From Saccostrea cucullata (lineage: Eukaryota), in contig NW_026934500.1 of NCBI RefSeq assembly GCF_032062105.1, forward strand, positions 310,001-374,000: a stretch of 64,000 bases of DNA, given 5' to 3'. Each line of letters starts with the position of its first letter. The stretch's first letter is position 1. The notes under the pieces are model-generated. The model was given only the letters and a program-made list of their open reading frames with translations. It did no database searches and was not told the DNA's origin. This document shows, one piece after another, positions 11,858 to 24,800 of the stretch. The position numbers and the translations under genes were made by a program.

Positions 11858-14800
11858 TCAACCACTTGGGGATCCAGTGTAATAGTGAGGTGTTGGAGTT
11901 ATTTTACCTGGAAAAAAAAGATTAAAGGTTAATCTTGTGCTCTACCAAAGATTGCACTTATAATTTGATTTGATTTTATAAATTGATTTTATGAGCTATG
12001 TTTTAGCTGAACATAAATCCTTACTGTAGTGTACGCAGACATCATTACACAAATCTCCTCGACAACAGTGTTCACAAGATGTGAACCTCTTATGTCTGTT
12101 GTTATCTCTCTTGCCAACAATAGGAACGGGATCTGCATCAGTTGTGGTAGATAAAATGGGTTTTGGTGAAGGTGACCACGGAGGCAGTATTGTTGTCATT
12201 GCTCTAGTTGTCCCTGGTGTTATTTGTGTTTTTGTTCTAGTTATTCTTGTTGTTGGTAAACGTGTTGTTCTAGTTGTCCTTGTTGTTGGTAACCGTGTTG
12301 TTCTAGTTGTCCTTGAAGTCGGTAAATGTGTTGTTGCTTTTCTTGTTGTCGAGTATGTGTGATGATGCATGTTCGATAAATCCACCACAGCGTGGTTATT
12401 GGATACTATGCTTATACATTGCTGATTATAATCAACAACAACAATTTACAATCAAATTTTTATTACAAAAATTTTAAACTTAAACTATATGAGAAATTCT
12501 AATTCTACCTGAAATGGCATGCATCCTGAGGAATAAACTTTATCACCAAATTCTGATTCCTCCTTGATGAAACACAACTGAAGTTGAAATAGAATACATA
12601 TGCAAAACTAGAGTTTTAAAAATTATATCAACATAATTTTACAGAGCGTTTTATCAAACATGTCCCGACTTTGCAGTTTCCCAAAAAAAGTTTTTTTTAA
12701 TAAATCTTCAGTCAAGATGAATCGAATTTCCGTTAATATAAATTCCCCTATTGTTTTCGTAATGAACACGGAGATTGTGTATGAGCGGCGACATGGGTTC
12801 GAATTCCAGTTGGGAACATAGAACATAGAAGCATGTCCCTTGAATGAGACCGAATGAACTGAAATCCAATGTTTCAGTATATGCTAGAACGAAAAAATCC
12901 CTCACTCACTGCTCTCTGATAATAAGAGCTTAGTACAAATCTAAATTTGTACCTTTCAGTAAAATATACTCAAATGAACCTCTAGCAAACGATAGTGTCA
13001 TGTTAAATACATTCACCTCAGAATCTCTACAGTGAGCTATTTGTCGACATTCCTGACTGTCAAAGTGCTGAGTACAAGCTAAACAGACAGGTCCTCTACT
13101 ACTCAGTGGAGGGTAACCTAAAACAAATAAATATCATGTATGACTTAATTTATGGAGGGCACCAGGGGTAGTCTAAAACAACAACAACAACAAATATCAT
13201 CCACCATGTATGGACCATTTATTGCACTAAGAAAGCTGATGTTTCGAAGAAGATCTAAAAAATGTTTTGGAACACAGAGGTTGCCAAATTTCCAATATCC
13301 TATCTAATATACGCAAAATACAAATAATACAATTTCAAATTGTGAGAAGAGCCAACTAGTACATCCGAAACAGGGGTGAGATCATTTAATATTGAGAAGT
13401 AAGCATTCCTTTTCGGCCGATCACTCCAGCTTTGTGCTGTTTGTAACCAAGGGGGAAATGGAAATTCAGAAGGCATGAAATGGCAAACGTGAATGTTTCT
13501 AACAAAGAAATTTTGCAAATGACCAATGACAAGGTAAGTAACTTTACGAGTTCCATTACTATTGAAAAAACAGCTGTCGATGTTGTCAGAAAATATAATT
13601 ACTCAACAACTTGGAAGAAGGTAAAACTCAAAAGCTAACTTTAAGCCAGGTTTTACTTTCAAACATGGTCATTGGATCGACCCTAGAATTTGGAAGCTTT
13701 AAACGAAATTGTTGATATCCGTTTATCATCAACTTATTTGTCGATAATTTGCTTCCTTTTAGAAATTGTTCGAAAGTAGAAAATGCTCTTATCTTTCGGA
13801 GACATAAATTTCTAATGCAAAAAATATAGCGCCACTAAAGTGTATATAAATAAATTTCCACAGCAGCAAAAATATTTTAAAGAAATTAAGCAAAAATTTA
13901 GAGCGTATAAAGTTAAATTCCCTCGAATATTCTAGAGAAAATCGGTGAAATTGATGCCCAATTCTTTTTAAATAAAACTCATTCGATACAAAAATTAGTT
14001 AAATTACTGCATGCTAGTGATTGGAAATGCTTCATTTGAATGACTCTATGTTACCTGGTTCGGTGCATCCTTTAGCGTTACATAGGTCGGTATCACAACA
14101 TTCTGTACACGTAGGTGGGCGGAGATTACCGTCATCACTCCCGTGTATGTGAAGAGTTTGATTCTGTTCTATACAAACCTAAGAGAATTATTCATAAGGA
14201 TATATATATAACATATAAATATATTATGTAAGTAGAAAATATGGATCATAATTATACTTTTTTTTAAATCAAAAAGTCGGATGAAGTTTAACTCACTTGT
14301 CTTTGAAGGCAGCCCGTGTTGTACCTTACACCATAAAGTGATTCAACTCTTTCTACGAAGCAAACCTTTAAAAACAAGATGTTCAGACTAATGTCTCCTC
14401 ATATGAAAGAGAACATGTCAATGCTTTCGAATAAATCAAATACTCTTCATCAAAAATGTTTGTGCAAAGATAATGAAAAGTGACCCAATCGTCAAAAAAA
14501 TAAAAGAGGACAGATATTAGATGATAGACTTCGAAAAGAAAAGCTCACAAGAGGAGCACTTGTTTGCTTTTGTTGTTTACGTCCCTCACGAAAATTTTTC
14601 AGTCATATGAAGACGCCACAACTTGCCGATAGAGAGAGCTCTGCATATTTTGTCTTATACTCGGCACTTACGGCCATTGAGAAGTGAGAAATCTTTTTCT
14701 TGCCAGCACCTACTGCAACACGGGAGCTCGGTTTATATGGTCTCATCCGAAGAGTTTCCACGTCCCATAGTGGATTTTCGAACCCGCGAGGTAAGGATGA

Positions 14801-15036
14801 ACTCCTTACTTCGTGACTCTAAAAAAAAAAACCATGTTGCAGTAAAACGCCCTAACCACTGCGTCACGCAGGGCTTTCCAAAACAATTTGTAGGAGTACT
14901 TAAGGGATTTAAAAGAAGGCAATAAAAAAAATTATAGACTTTCTTATACGCACCTCATCCTCTGCACAGTAAGTTATACTGTGACAATGGCGGGGCTGGA
15001 TAGAGCCTCTACAGGATAAACACATTAGTGACAGAA
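11858..15036 (-). CDS. Paralog B: tandem three-finger (Ly6/uPAR-like) protein with basic Thr/Arg mucin-like insert and GKR/RHKR sites; 5' exon(s) not resolved
   Basis: Exons 15036-14954 (LSLMCLSCRGSIQPRHCHSITYCAEDE), 14365-14297 (VCFVERVESLYGVRYNTGCLQRQ), 14178-14055 (VCIEQN...TCTECCDTDLCNAKGCTEPG), 13117-13017 (YPPLSSRGPVCLACTQHFDSQECRQIAHCRDSE), 12577-12509 (LCFIKEESEFGDKVYSSGCMPFQ), 12421-12025 (QCISIV...TTRTTRLPT repeats...PIVGKRDNNRHKRFTSCEHCCRGDLCNDVCVHY), 11907-11858 (SKITPTPHYYTGSPSG*). All introns are GT-AG and in phase. Confidence 0.85.
14560..14875 (-). mobile_element. tRNA-derived SINE
   Basis: The minus strand has A-box (gcagtggttaggcg) and B-box (ggttcgaaaatcc) motifs; body and tail match the copy at 63085-63308. 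Confidence 0.7.
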
Positions 15037-17601
15037 CTGAGGAAGAAATACAGAAGTACTGGAATAAACAATATAAACATACAGAATTCAAATTCTCAGT
15101 AGAAATTATTCTTAGCGTTTTCTCAGTCTAAAATTTAATTCCAAAATTTCAAATTTCTGATTTAAAGCAAGATTTTTTCAAATACAAAACCACTTTATAC
15201 CAAGTTTGATCGAGAATATGTTGAAAAACACAAGAATGAGCAGCATTTCTACAAAAGTAAATAACAATTGTTAAACGTTGATATCATTAACAAACCTGTA
15301 AGCCACAGTATTGTAATTTTTGATTAAGATATAATATGTGACTTAATGTTTTAGCTATCTGTAGCATACAAACAGATACTGGCTTACCGCTCTTCTTTTT
15401 GGCAAAATACACATTCATAGCTGTAACATATTTCCTTCATAAATCACAAAACATCGTTTTTGATTTTAAACTTCTCTTTCAGATAATGGAAACTGCAGGA
15501 AGCAGGTCTATAAAAGGCACAATATTATTATGGAAAAGGAATCGCAGAGGTGTAAAACGTCAGACAGACTTTTACTTATACTTACTCGATCGTCCATAAA
15601 AAGTAGGTCAACACAGGTGAGTACCTTTCGATAGCGACTGTATTTTGACTTTAAGATCGCCTGTTTGTGTCTAAGTACAAAGATCACTTTCTCCTCTCCG
15701 AATTTCTATGTTAGAATAATTTTGAAAGTTAATGTAAATGTTTCCGGTCCATTTTCAGTGACTGGGTCATATTTTGAAGGGACGTTAAACGTTTTAATTG
15801 TTTAAATTAAATTCGCCCTACCGAATACTTTCACTGAGTAAAATTTGACCCAAGCTCAATTTCCTCGACAAAAAATAGCATACAAAGTCCTTGAATGGGA
15901 AAGAATTCAAGAAAAAAGGAAAGAAATTAATAATTAACATAGCTTAAATATGTTTAAAAAAGAGTGACCTCGTATTTGAACCTGTTTTTTTTTTGTAACT
16001 TGACAGTTTTGACATAAGACTTTTTTACTTAATATTAAATGTTTCTTGATACATATATACTGCTCTTACCCAAAACTGTTCTTAGACCAAGAATATTAAC
16101 TGATATCATACATGGCTACAACAAGGGTTTGATTGTTTTTCATGACTCATTTCAATAACCTGACTCTTTTTGTTATGACCTAGAAAGTTTGAGCGAACCA
16201 TCTATTTGGCTGATTGTCTGTCCACAATATTTTTTAAAATTCTATTCCGTTGTTATTTTGTTCATATTTCGATGAAAATTGGTCCTGTAGACTAAAAGTG
16301 TTGCAATGATGGTTTATCAATTTTAAAATATTTGTGAAACCTTTTGGAAAACTTATCTTCTATAGTTTTGTCTTATTTGAAAAAATTTTGGTGCGCAAGT
16401 ACTGGTATTCTTCCCTACGATATGATGTTATTTACACTAATTGTCAATTATATATTGTCGTTTGGATGTGTGCATGCATCGCTTCATTAACAAGTATGAT
16501 ATGCTTGATGTTTAGTAGGAGTGAAATAGACAATTTAATATAAAAATACCATATTTTTCCATTAACACCATTTGCAGATATGTTTTTATTCATATATCAA
16601 TGCAGAATGCAGAACTCATAAAAACACTACTTAATGAAAAGCAGAAATAGCTTAATTTCTTGGTCTTTAATTTGACATTTAAATCTATCGATGATGATTC
16701 ATCAACTTACAAATTTATTTTCGTTTGTACATTAATTCGACTTATAATTTGAACTAGAAATAAAGACACCACAGGGTCTGACGATTTTATATTTAGATAT
16801 TTTACTAGACTGTAAAGAGAAATACACTTACGACAAAATAGCGAGAAAACTTTTTAATTAACCATATATTTTACTCCTTACCTGATACTATATTTTACCT
16901 TTCGACCGTTCCTAACACTCCTAATATGACCTTGGAATATCAATTTTAAAAATTCTGATGTCCATAGTGGTGACATATTAAAAGAACACACTGGTGTTAT
17001 ATATTTAATTTCCTATTGTACATATTCATCTCATTTTCATCATTGCTTTCTTTATAGCCAAACGGTTTAGATTGTATTTGATCTTCGATTTTTTTTTCTT
17101 TTGTATTTTCTCGGATTGTGTCCATTCGACTACACGCAGTCACATGAGAGTTGTCTAGAACCGTTGAATTGTAAATAAACTATTGGGATTAGGAGTAAAA
17201 TATTTGGTTTTTAACTGATATCATGGGATACTTACTCCCCCTAGGCATCTGATCCCATCTCTGTCATATCCAACGGTTCCTGTTTATGCATGCTCACGAT
17301 TTGCTTTGTTTACTGCATTTATGTGATTATCCGTTTTACGTTATTATCATCTCTTACACATTAACTTATTTATATTTTTATTGCATCCCCTCATTCAGGG
17401 GAGTTTAAGCTTAAATACAGAAAGTTAAAGGAAACATTCAAATTAACATATTTCACAGTGAAAATTTTTAAACACTAGCTTAACACCGATAGAAGGCTTT
17501 GTTTTCAGTGGAGTCTACATTTCAGCTGTTCAATTTTTGATCCATACGTGAAATACGTTTTTTACTTTTTATACATTGTTGATTGTTTAAAACACTGATC
17601 A

Positions 17602-18866
17602 CTAATGCGTTAATTTTAGCCCCACTGGATATCCATATCCTTGATTATGCTTAAAACCATACGCCATTAGTCCAAATGGATGTCCCTGTAAATTTTCTAC
17701 ATCATGGGAATGCAGTTGACTCAAAGGAATATTTATTACAACGTAGGGTGACCCATTTAAGGCAATTGTTTCCAGAGTAGCGTTAATTTGATTAAACGGT
17801 TTGTCGTCAAGGACAAGTCCCCCTTCTTGGCCCTTCTTTGTAATAATGGAAATGAAATGTTTGTATTCACCATCATCAGAAACACTGAAGTGATAATCGC
17901 TTTTGAATTGCTGGATAGCTGGGGTAACTAACATTGCACCACTAGCGTTCTCCTTTACCGGTTTCATATCTTCAGTCATTTGGAGTACGAGAATTGGCTT
18001 ATTGCTCGAAATACAAATTGATTTGTTAGTCATTGTTTCGAATTCTTTGAAAGATCCTGCTGTCGGAAGATTTACAATTTTACCGTTTACGGCCACTTGC
18101 GTTCTGTCCTCTGAAGCAATAATCTTATAAGTAAAGGTTTGTCTGTTTTGCAGCTTTGGAATTATGAAATCTGTACCTAAAGCATCTGTAGGTGGAATCA
18201 TTTGTATAACCTTTTGAGTCTCGCAGTCTTGAGTACATACTGTTGATGGAATAACTGTTGATTTAGCTCCAGAAAAAACAGCCACTGGTTTGGAACTATC
18301 GATTACTGTACCTGTCAAATCGGTTCCATTGACCTCTAGTTGAAAAGTCTCGTACTGATTTAAAGTTATGTTGAAGCTTTCCCCATTTTCATATCGGTAG
18401 TTTCTCCATGGACTTATATAAACATATCTGTTTTTGTCCTCGAGTCTGAGGTTAAATCTTACTTTTGTGTCATTATGTAGCGCTACAACAGTAATAAAGG
18501 AGGGGCTGTCCTTCGTTCCTTTGGCTGATGCTGCCACGTAACGGTTAGACAAGTCAGGGACAGGAATCACAGAGAAGGCAGTGTCACTACCATTTCTATA
18601 CTCCATTACATGGACAGATATGTTAACGTTAGATTTGACGTAAATTCCTTTCTGTTCATTCCAAGGCACTGAGGTTGCAGTGGATGGATCTAACGATATA
18701 ATGTTTCTACCCTTTGTTAGAGTGGTATTAATGAAGGATTTGGTATTTTCAAAGTAAACACTGATCATTCCATTATTAGGGGAGGTAATCACCATGGAGA
18801 CATTATCTGCATTCTGTAGATTTTTGTGCTTTGACAAGGCAAGTAGAAACTCTGAACCAGATAGGC
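17602..18866 (-). CDS. Terminal exon of paralog C: IgGFc-binding protein (FCGBP) N-terminal-type domain
   Basis: 421-codon exon with family motifs LNQYETFQL, DLTGTVIDSSKPVAVFSG, QMIPPTDALGTDFIIP, ISSNKPILVLQ, PAIQQF and PFGLMAYGF...GYGYPVG; acceptor caatttag at 18867. Confidence 0.88.
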
Positions 18867-21800
18867 CTAAATTGAATAAAGACGTGTGAAGACGATATGA
18901 AATATACATGTAGTGATTGGAAGTTAACATTTTACAAGAAAGTTAATAAGAACAAAGAAAATAACTTCATTTATTTGTGGATATATGAATGTCGCCCCCT
19001 TTTTTTGCATTACTTGGCGAGGAAAAGTTAGAAGACTGCAGGGAAAGGCATTTTTAAGTTTAAAAGGTTTTTTAGCAAGGTCGTTTAAAGACGTATACTG
19101 CACCTGTATATGTAACTGGAAATGCTGTTGGTTTTGTTGTTGTAGTCCTGGAGGTAGTTGTAGTAGGATGTGTGGTAGGATTGGACGTGGTACGAGTAGG
19201 AGATGGTGTGGTAGGATTGGACGTGGTACGAGTACGAGATGGTGTGGTAGGATTGGACGTGGTACGAGTAGGAGATTGTGTGGTAGGATTGGACGTGGTA
19301 CGAATAGGGGATGGTGTGGTAGGATTGGACGTTGTACGAGCAGGCATATGCGTGGTAGGATTAGATGTTGTACGAGTAGGAGATGGTGTGGTAGGATTCG
19401 ACGTGGTACGAGCAGGCGTATGTGTGGAAGGATTAGATGTGGTAGGAGTAGGAGATGGTGTGGTAGGATTCGACGTGGTAGGTGTGGACCTTGTAAGAGT
19501 TGATATAAGTGTTGCAGATGTTGTTTGGTGATCAGTACTTGATGTAGGATTCGATGGCGGAGAAATGGTAAAGTAGGCTGGTGTAGGTGTTAAAGGACCT
19601 GTTCAAAATGAGGTCAAGAAAGATAAGCTAGGTGAGTTTTGTTTTAAATGTAGGAGGTATTTTGAACATACAAAAATGTTTTAATATTGTATGTTCAAAA
19701 TTCGTATTCTACAGAGAATAGAGAGTGGATTTCCTCTTTGCACTATGCTTGTTTTTGATTTTTCGACACGAATCCAAAGTAAAATTAGGTACACATTATC
19801 ATGGTTTTAATAAAATAATANNNNNNNNNNNNNNNNNNNNNNNNNNNNNNNNNNNNNNNNNNNNNNNNNNNNNNNNNNNNNNNNNNNNNNNNNNNNNNNN
19901 NNNNNNNNNNNNNNNNNNNNNNNNNNNNNNNNNNNNNNNNNNNNNNNNNNNNNNNNNNNNNNNNNNNNNNNNNNNNNNNNNNNNNNNNNNNNNNNNNNNN
20001 NNNNNNNNNNNNNNNNNNNNNNNNNNNNNNNNNNNNNNNNNNNNNNNNNNNNNNNNNNNNNNNNNNNNNNNNNNNNNNNNNNNNNNNATACTAAAAAAGA
20101 ATTAATCTTTTAGCTTCTGTTATACTGCATTTCAAATAAGCTTTATAGTTAATGCTTTTTAAAAAAAATATTAATGGAGGTACTGTACTATTAGGGCTGC
20201 ACAAATCATTGCAAAGATCTCCCCTGCAACACACATGACAGGAGATGAAGCGCTTCCGTCTACCATTCAAAATGGCTGCCCTATATGATGGAGAGGCCGG
20301 CGTATTTTTGGAATCTGTAAGTTTTATTGCAGATAGAAATTGAAAATTCGCACTCACACAATTCATTAAATTTCTTATTTGTTTACTTGTAACCTTGTAA
20401 AATCTCAAAAACTGTGATGAGTTGATAAGATGCAAACCAAAATTTGTAATCGTAATTAAAATTGATATTTTTTTCTTTTATCTTTAACATTTCTTAGAGC
20501 AGAATTTGTGAACTTACCAGTGTATCCCTTTACAAGAAAGTTACTTTGATCAGACAAAATTGATATTTCCGTAATGTCAGGAAAATTTGAGGTTAGTGGT
20601 AAGGAAGAGTACTTTGAAGATCCATCGACCATGTGGATAAATTGGTCGGTTATCCCGGTTGGGACAATTTTTGAGGTAGGAGGTAAGTTTGTAATTAGTC
20701 CATCAACCATATGTATATTGCTGTCTGTTATTCCGGTTGGTACTTGGGTTGAGTATGGCGAGTTGGATGTTGATTCATCAACCATATGTATATTGCTGTC
20801 TGTTACTCCGGTTGGTACTTGGGTTGAGTATGGTGAGTTGGATGTTGATTCATCAACCATGTGTATATTGTCTGTTATCCGGTTGGTAATTGGTAAGTTG
20901 GATGTTGATTCATCAACCATGTGTATAATGCTATCTGTAATTCCAGTTGGTACTTGGGTTGAGTGTGGTGAGTTGGATGTTGATTCGTCAACCATATGTA
21001 TATTGTCATCTGTAATTCCAGTCGGAACGACTGTGGAGTATGGAGACAAAGTGATAGTTGATCCATCAACCATATGAATATTGTCATCTGTGATTCCAGT
21101 TGGTTGATCAGTTTCAAATGAGGTTACTGTTGTGCCTATAGTTGTTCTTGTTTGAAGGGATATCGTAGGTTTTTCTGTCTTTGAAGGTCTTGAAAAGTGA
21201 TGAGAATTAGACAAATCTCCAATTGCTTGGTTATTCTGAACTACACTCAGACATTGCTGCAAGAAAGCAGCGGATTTCAAACAACTAATATCACAATCAA
21301 TTATTTATCAATTCTTTTCGATAAAAAAAATCAAATTTATTACTTGAAAAGGCAAACATCCTGTTGAATAAATTTGGTCGCCAAATTCCTCCTCTTTTTT
21401 AATGTAGCATAGCTGAAAATTTATTAGGCATCTGTTATCTAATATTGCAAAAATACGTCATTAATTTATCAAAGAATATACAATAAATTATATTGTACCT
21501 CAATACTTATGTTTTGATCTATTAATATATGAGATGCAAATTAAAATTTCTTTGGAGTACTTTATCAGATTTATTTAAAAAATATCTTATGAATACATTA
21601 ATAGATTAGGTCTTTAAGCATTGAATCTTGAGGCACAAGTTTGTAATTTGTGTTGTTTATTACGAGTACCTCAGAGTCTCTACAGTGGGCAATCTGTCGG
21701 CACTCCCTTGCATCATCATGTTGGGAACAGGCGAAACAAATTGGACCTCTCACAACCGGATACCCTTTTTAATCGAATCATTTATTGAGTTAAAAATTAA

Positions 21801-24800
21801 GTATTTTGCTCTTTTATGAGAAAGGTTAATTTTTTAGAGCCATAGGATCACGTACATCATGTACATAATATTAATGTACAAACCGTGATCTTTTGGTGTT
21901 GGCCTTTACAATGTAATGGATATATGGGTTTATGGAGGATATAGAGGATGTTTACAGTACATACTTAGAAACTCTAGTGTTTGCCTTTGAAGATATAATA
22001 GTCATGAGCGTTCACTGGTAGTTGTTTAGTGAACATACCTGAATACTTTAGTGTTCGACATAAGGAAGAATATGTTGGATTTGTTGATGGGTTTTATGGA
22101 GGTTAGCGTACATACCTATATATACTTTAGTGTTCGTCTTATTAAAGAATATGTAGGATTTGTGGGTATTGTGGATGTTAGACTATATACCTGAATACTT
22201 TAATGTTCGCCTTAAGAACTAATAACCGTCTGTTCTAATATAAATTTTCACTTTTTTTTTTTTAAAAACTTTGATCTATTGCACCAGCTTCAGATGGAGA
22301 ACAATATGAGGTATGAAGCGCTGCTTATTTTTTTTTCATATTTGATTTTTATATCGAATCATGATATGAAAAAATCTTAACGCAGAAGATGGGAAAAATA
22401 ATGATTTATTTTCACAGCATAAAATTAAAAATATTAGTTTTATGAAATATATGGAGATAACGAACTATTTTCAAGCTCAAAATTTTATTTTACACATTAC
22501 AAAATAGGAGCGGAGTAAACACTGAATACCAAAACATCACAGGTTGGATCAGATGCCATGGAGAAGTGAGCATCCCCTGTCGACCGGTCACACCCGCCGT
22601 GTGCTTCTTGTCTTGATCAGACAATAACAAAAAACATCCATGGACAACTCAGTATGTAAAAAATAGACTTACAATCAGTATGAAAAATCAGTCATTTGAC
22701 TTAATGGTAAATTGTATTTGCTGACAATGTCATTGTGTTGACCATATTACTTACGAAATGATGACTGTAAAGGAGGCAGCTGATATTGTTGTTTCATCAA
22801 CTTGTTTGTCAGTAACTTACCTCGTTTTAGAAATTGTACATATGCAGAACATGCTCTTCCGTATCGAATCAACCGAGAGATATAAACTCCGTATGCAGGT
22901 GGCAGAGGTATACTGCTGCATAAGTAAGGAAAGTTGACGATTGAAAAGTTAAAGTCATCACGTTTATTATGAAGCTGTATATGAAAATAATATTTAGTAT
23001 CATGACTATCAATTTCATATTAGAAAACTTAATAAAGGGCTGCTTCGTAAGTCAGAATTTTACAATTTCGCAATGTAGTTCTAAGAGAAGAAAACATCTA
23101 GTAGCAAGAATTATCTTTCTTATGAATTTTTTTTCGTTGGAAAAAAATGTTTAAATCGAAAAAAAAAATCAAATTTGGTACTTAAAACATGAAACAATTT
23201 GTAATAGGTCCTTAAAAAGATAGAACTAATTTAAAAGACTTTTGATACTGAATCTAAATCTTTTTTGTTCAATACAATAAAAATGATTACAATTTGAAAT
23301 GTATAGGTAAAGGAAATTGAAGGTAATGTTTGCATCACATGTCAGTCAAGCTTGATCAAATTGACTGCTGAAATCTGATGATGAAAACTTTGATTAATTT
23401 TCGTATTTTACTTCGAAAGTTATCTCTCTTATCAGAGGGTCGGTACCCCTTAAGGAAGAATATGCTGGGTTTATGGGTGGGTATAATAGAGTTTAAATAG
23501 TGTACATACCTGAATACATGTACTTATAAATTTGTGTTCGCCTTTAGGAAGAATATGGTGGGTTTGTGGGTGGATATTAAAGGATGTTTAGTGAACATAC
23601 CTGAATACTTAAATGTTTGCCTTTAGAAGGAATATGTTGGGTTTGTGAGTGGGTATTATAGGATGTAAGTGTACAGACCTGGTTCCCCACAACCCTCTGC
23701 ATTACACAGATCGGACTGACAACACTCAGTACACGTGTACGGAACGGGGTTTCCTTCGCCATTATTTTTTATGACATTTGTTTTGTTTTGCTCTCTGCAA
23801 ACCTGAGTGTATAATTGAAAAAAAAATCAATACAATGTCAAAAAATATCATTCTAGATATGCAACAGCTTTTTAAAAATAAATATTTTTCAGAATCTTAT
23901 TTTTAAAAAAGGTTATCAATTTGTTAATTCAAGGTGCAAAATTAATAATTTTGATGCAACGATTCTTGAATACAAATAGAATTTTTACAATTTGGGCAAA
24001 GAGAAAAATTGAACCTTATTGACACAATGTGAAATACTGTAGAAGTACTTTTTTCCGCGTGGTATTAATTTACGCTATGTACGCGGTCACATATTTTTCG
24101 CGGAAATTTGTCCAAGCGTACTTAATATAAATGCAAGGCATAGAGTGACAGTCTAAGAAATCCGCGTACTTTTCAACCCGCGGATTAAACGGAAGTTGAG
24201 ATTCCGAGGAATTATGACCCCGTAGAAAAAAGTATGTCAACAGTAATTGTAAATGTCAAAAAAAAAAAACCTCAGAAAAGTACTTGCTCTGTTTTGGAGA
24301 CAACCCATGTTGTATCTGACGCCAAACATAGACTCCATTCTTTCAACAAAACACACCTATTAAGAAGAGAATTCTAAAAAGCAGCAATGTTGCGAGTGAA
24401 CACAGAACAGTCAATAAGATCATTTTATAATGATAATTTTTTATAAGACGACGTCTTGCTAACAGAAAATGTAGAAATATTGTATTCTATTGCTACTACT
24501 ATTTTGTGTTTACTTTCGAATTTTAACCAATCATGATTATAGTGTTTTATGAGAAAACAAGTCAAGAAAATTCATGTATCTGATACTTTGAAAATATGAA
24601 TTCTGGAATCTGATAAATTTTTAAAAATAAAAAGCTCTAAAATGAAACAAATTTGCAATTCTTGTTATATTTTTTAGATCTATACTCTTATAAAACAGCC
24701 TAAAGATGTTCTTTAAAAAAAAGTGAAAATATGTCTTTAAAATTATTTTTTACTGACCTCGTCCTCGGCGCAGTAGGTTACTGTGTGACAGTGCCGAGGT

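Noticed and set aside
14700-14760. Hammerhead-like cggatgag...aaac motif in the SINE body (minus strand)
   Set aside because: Lacks the CUGAUGA and GAAA core.
18985-19531. Plus-strand ORFs with Cys/Gly/Arg (WCGRIGRGTSRR) or Val-rich repeats
   Set aside because: Antisense shadows of the 36-bp mucin repeat exon, which has proper splice sites on the minus strand.
19725-20105. ORF across the N run
   Set aside because: Artefact of the assembly gap.
20574-21077. 167-aa plus-strand ORF, and likewise 12081-12362
   Set aside because: Antisense to the mucin-insert exons.
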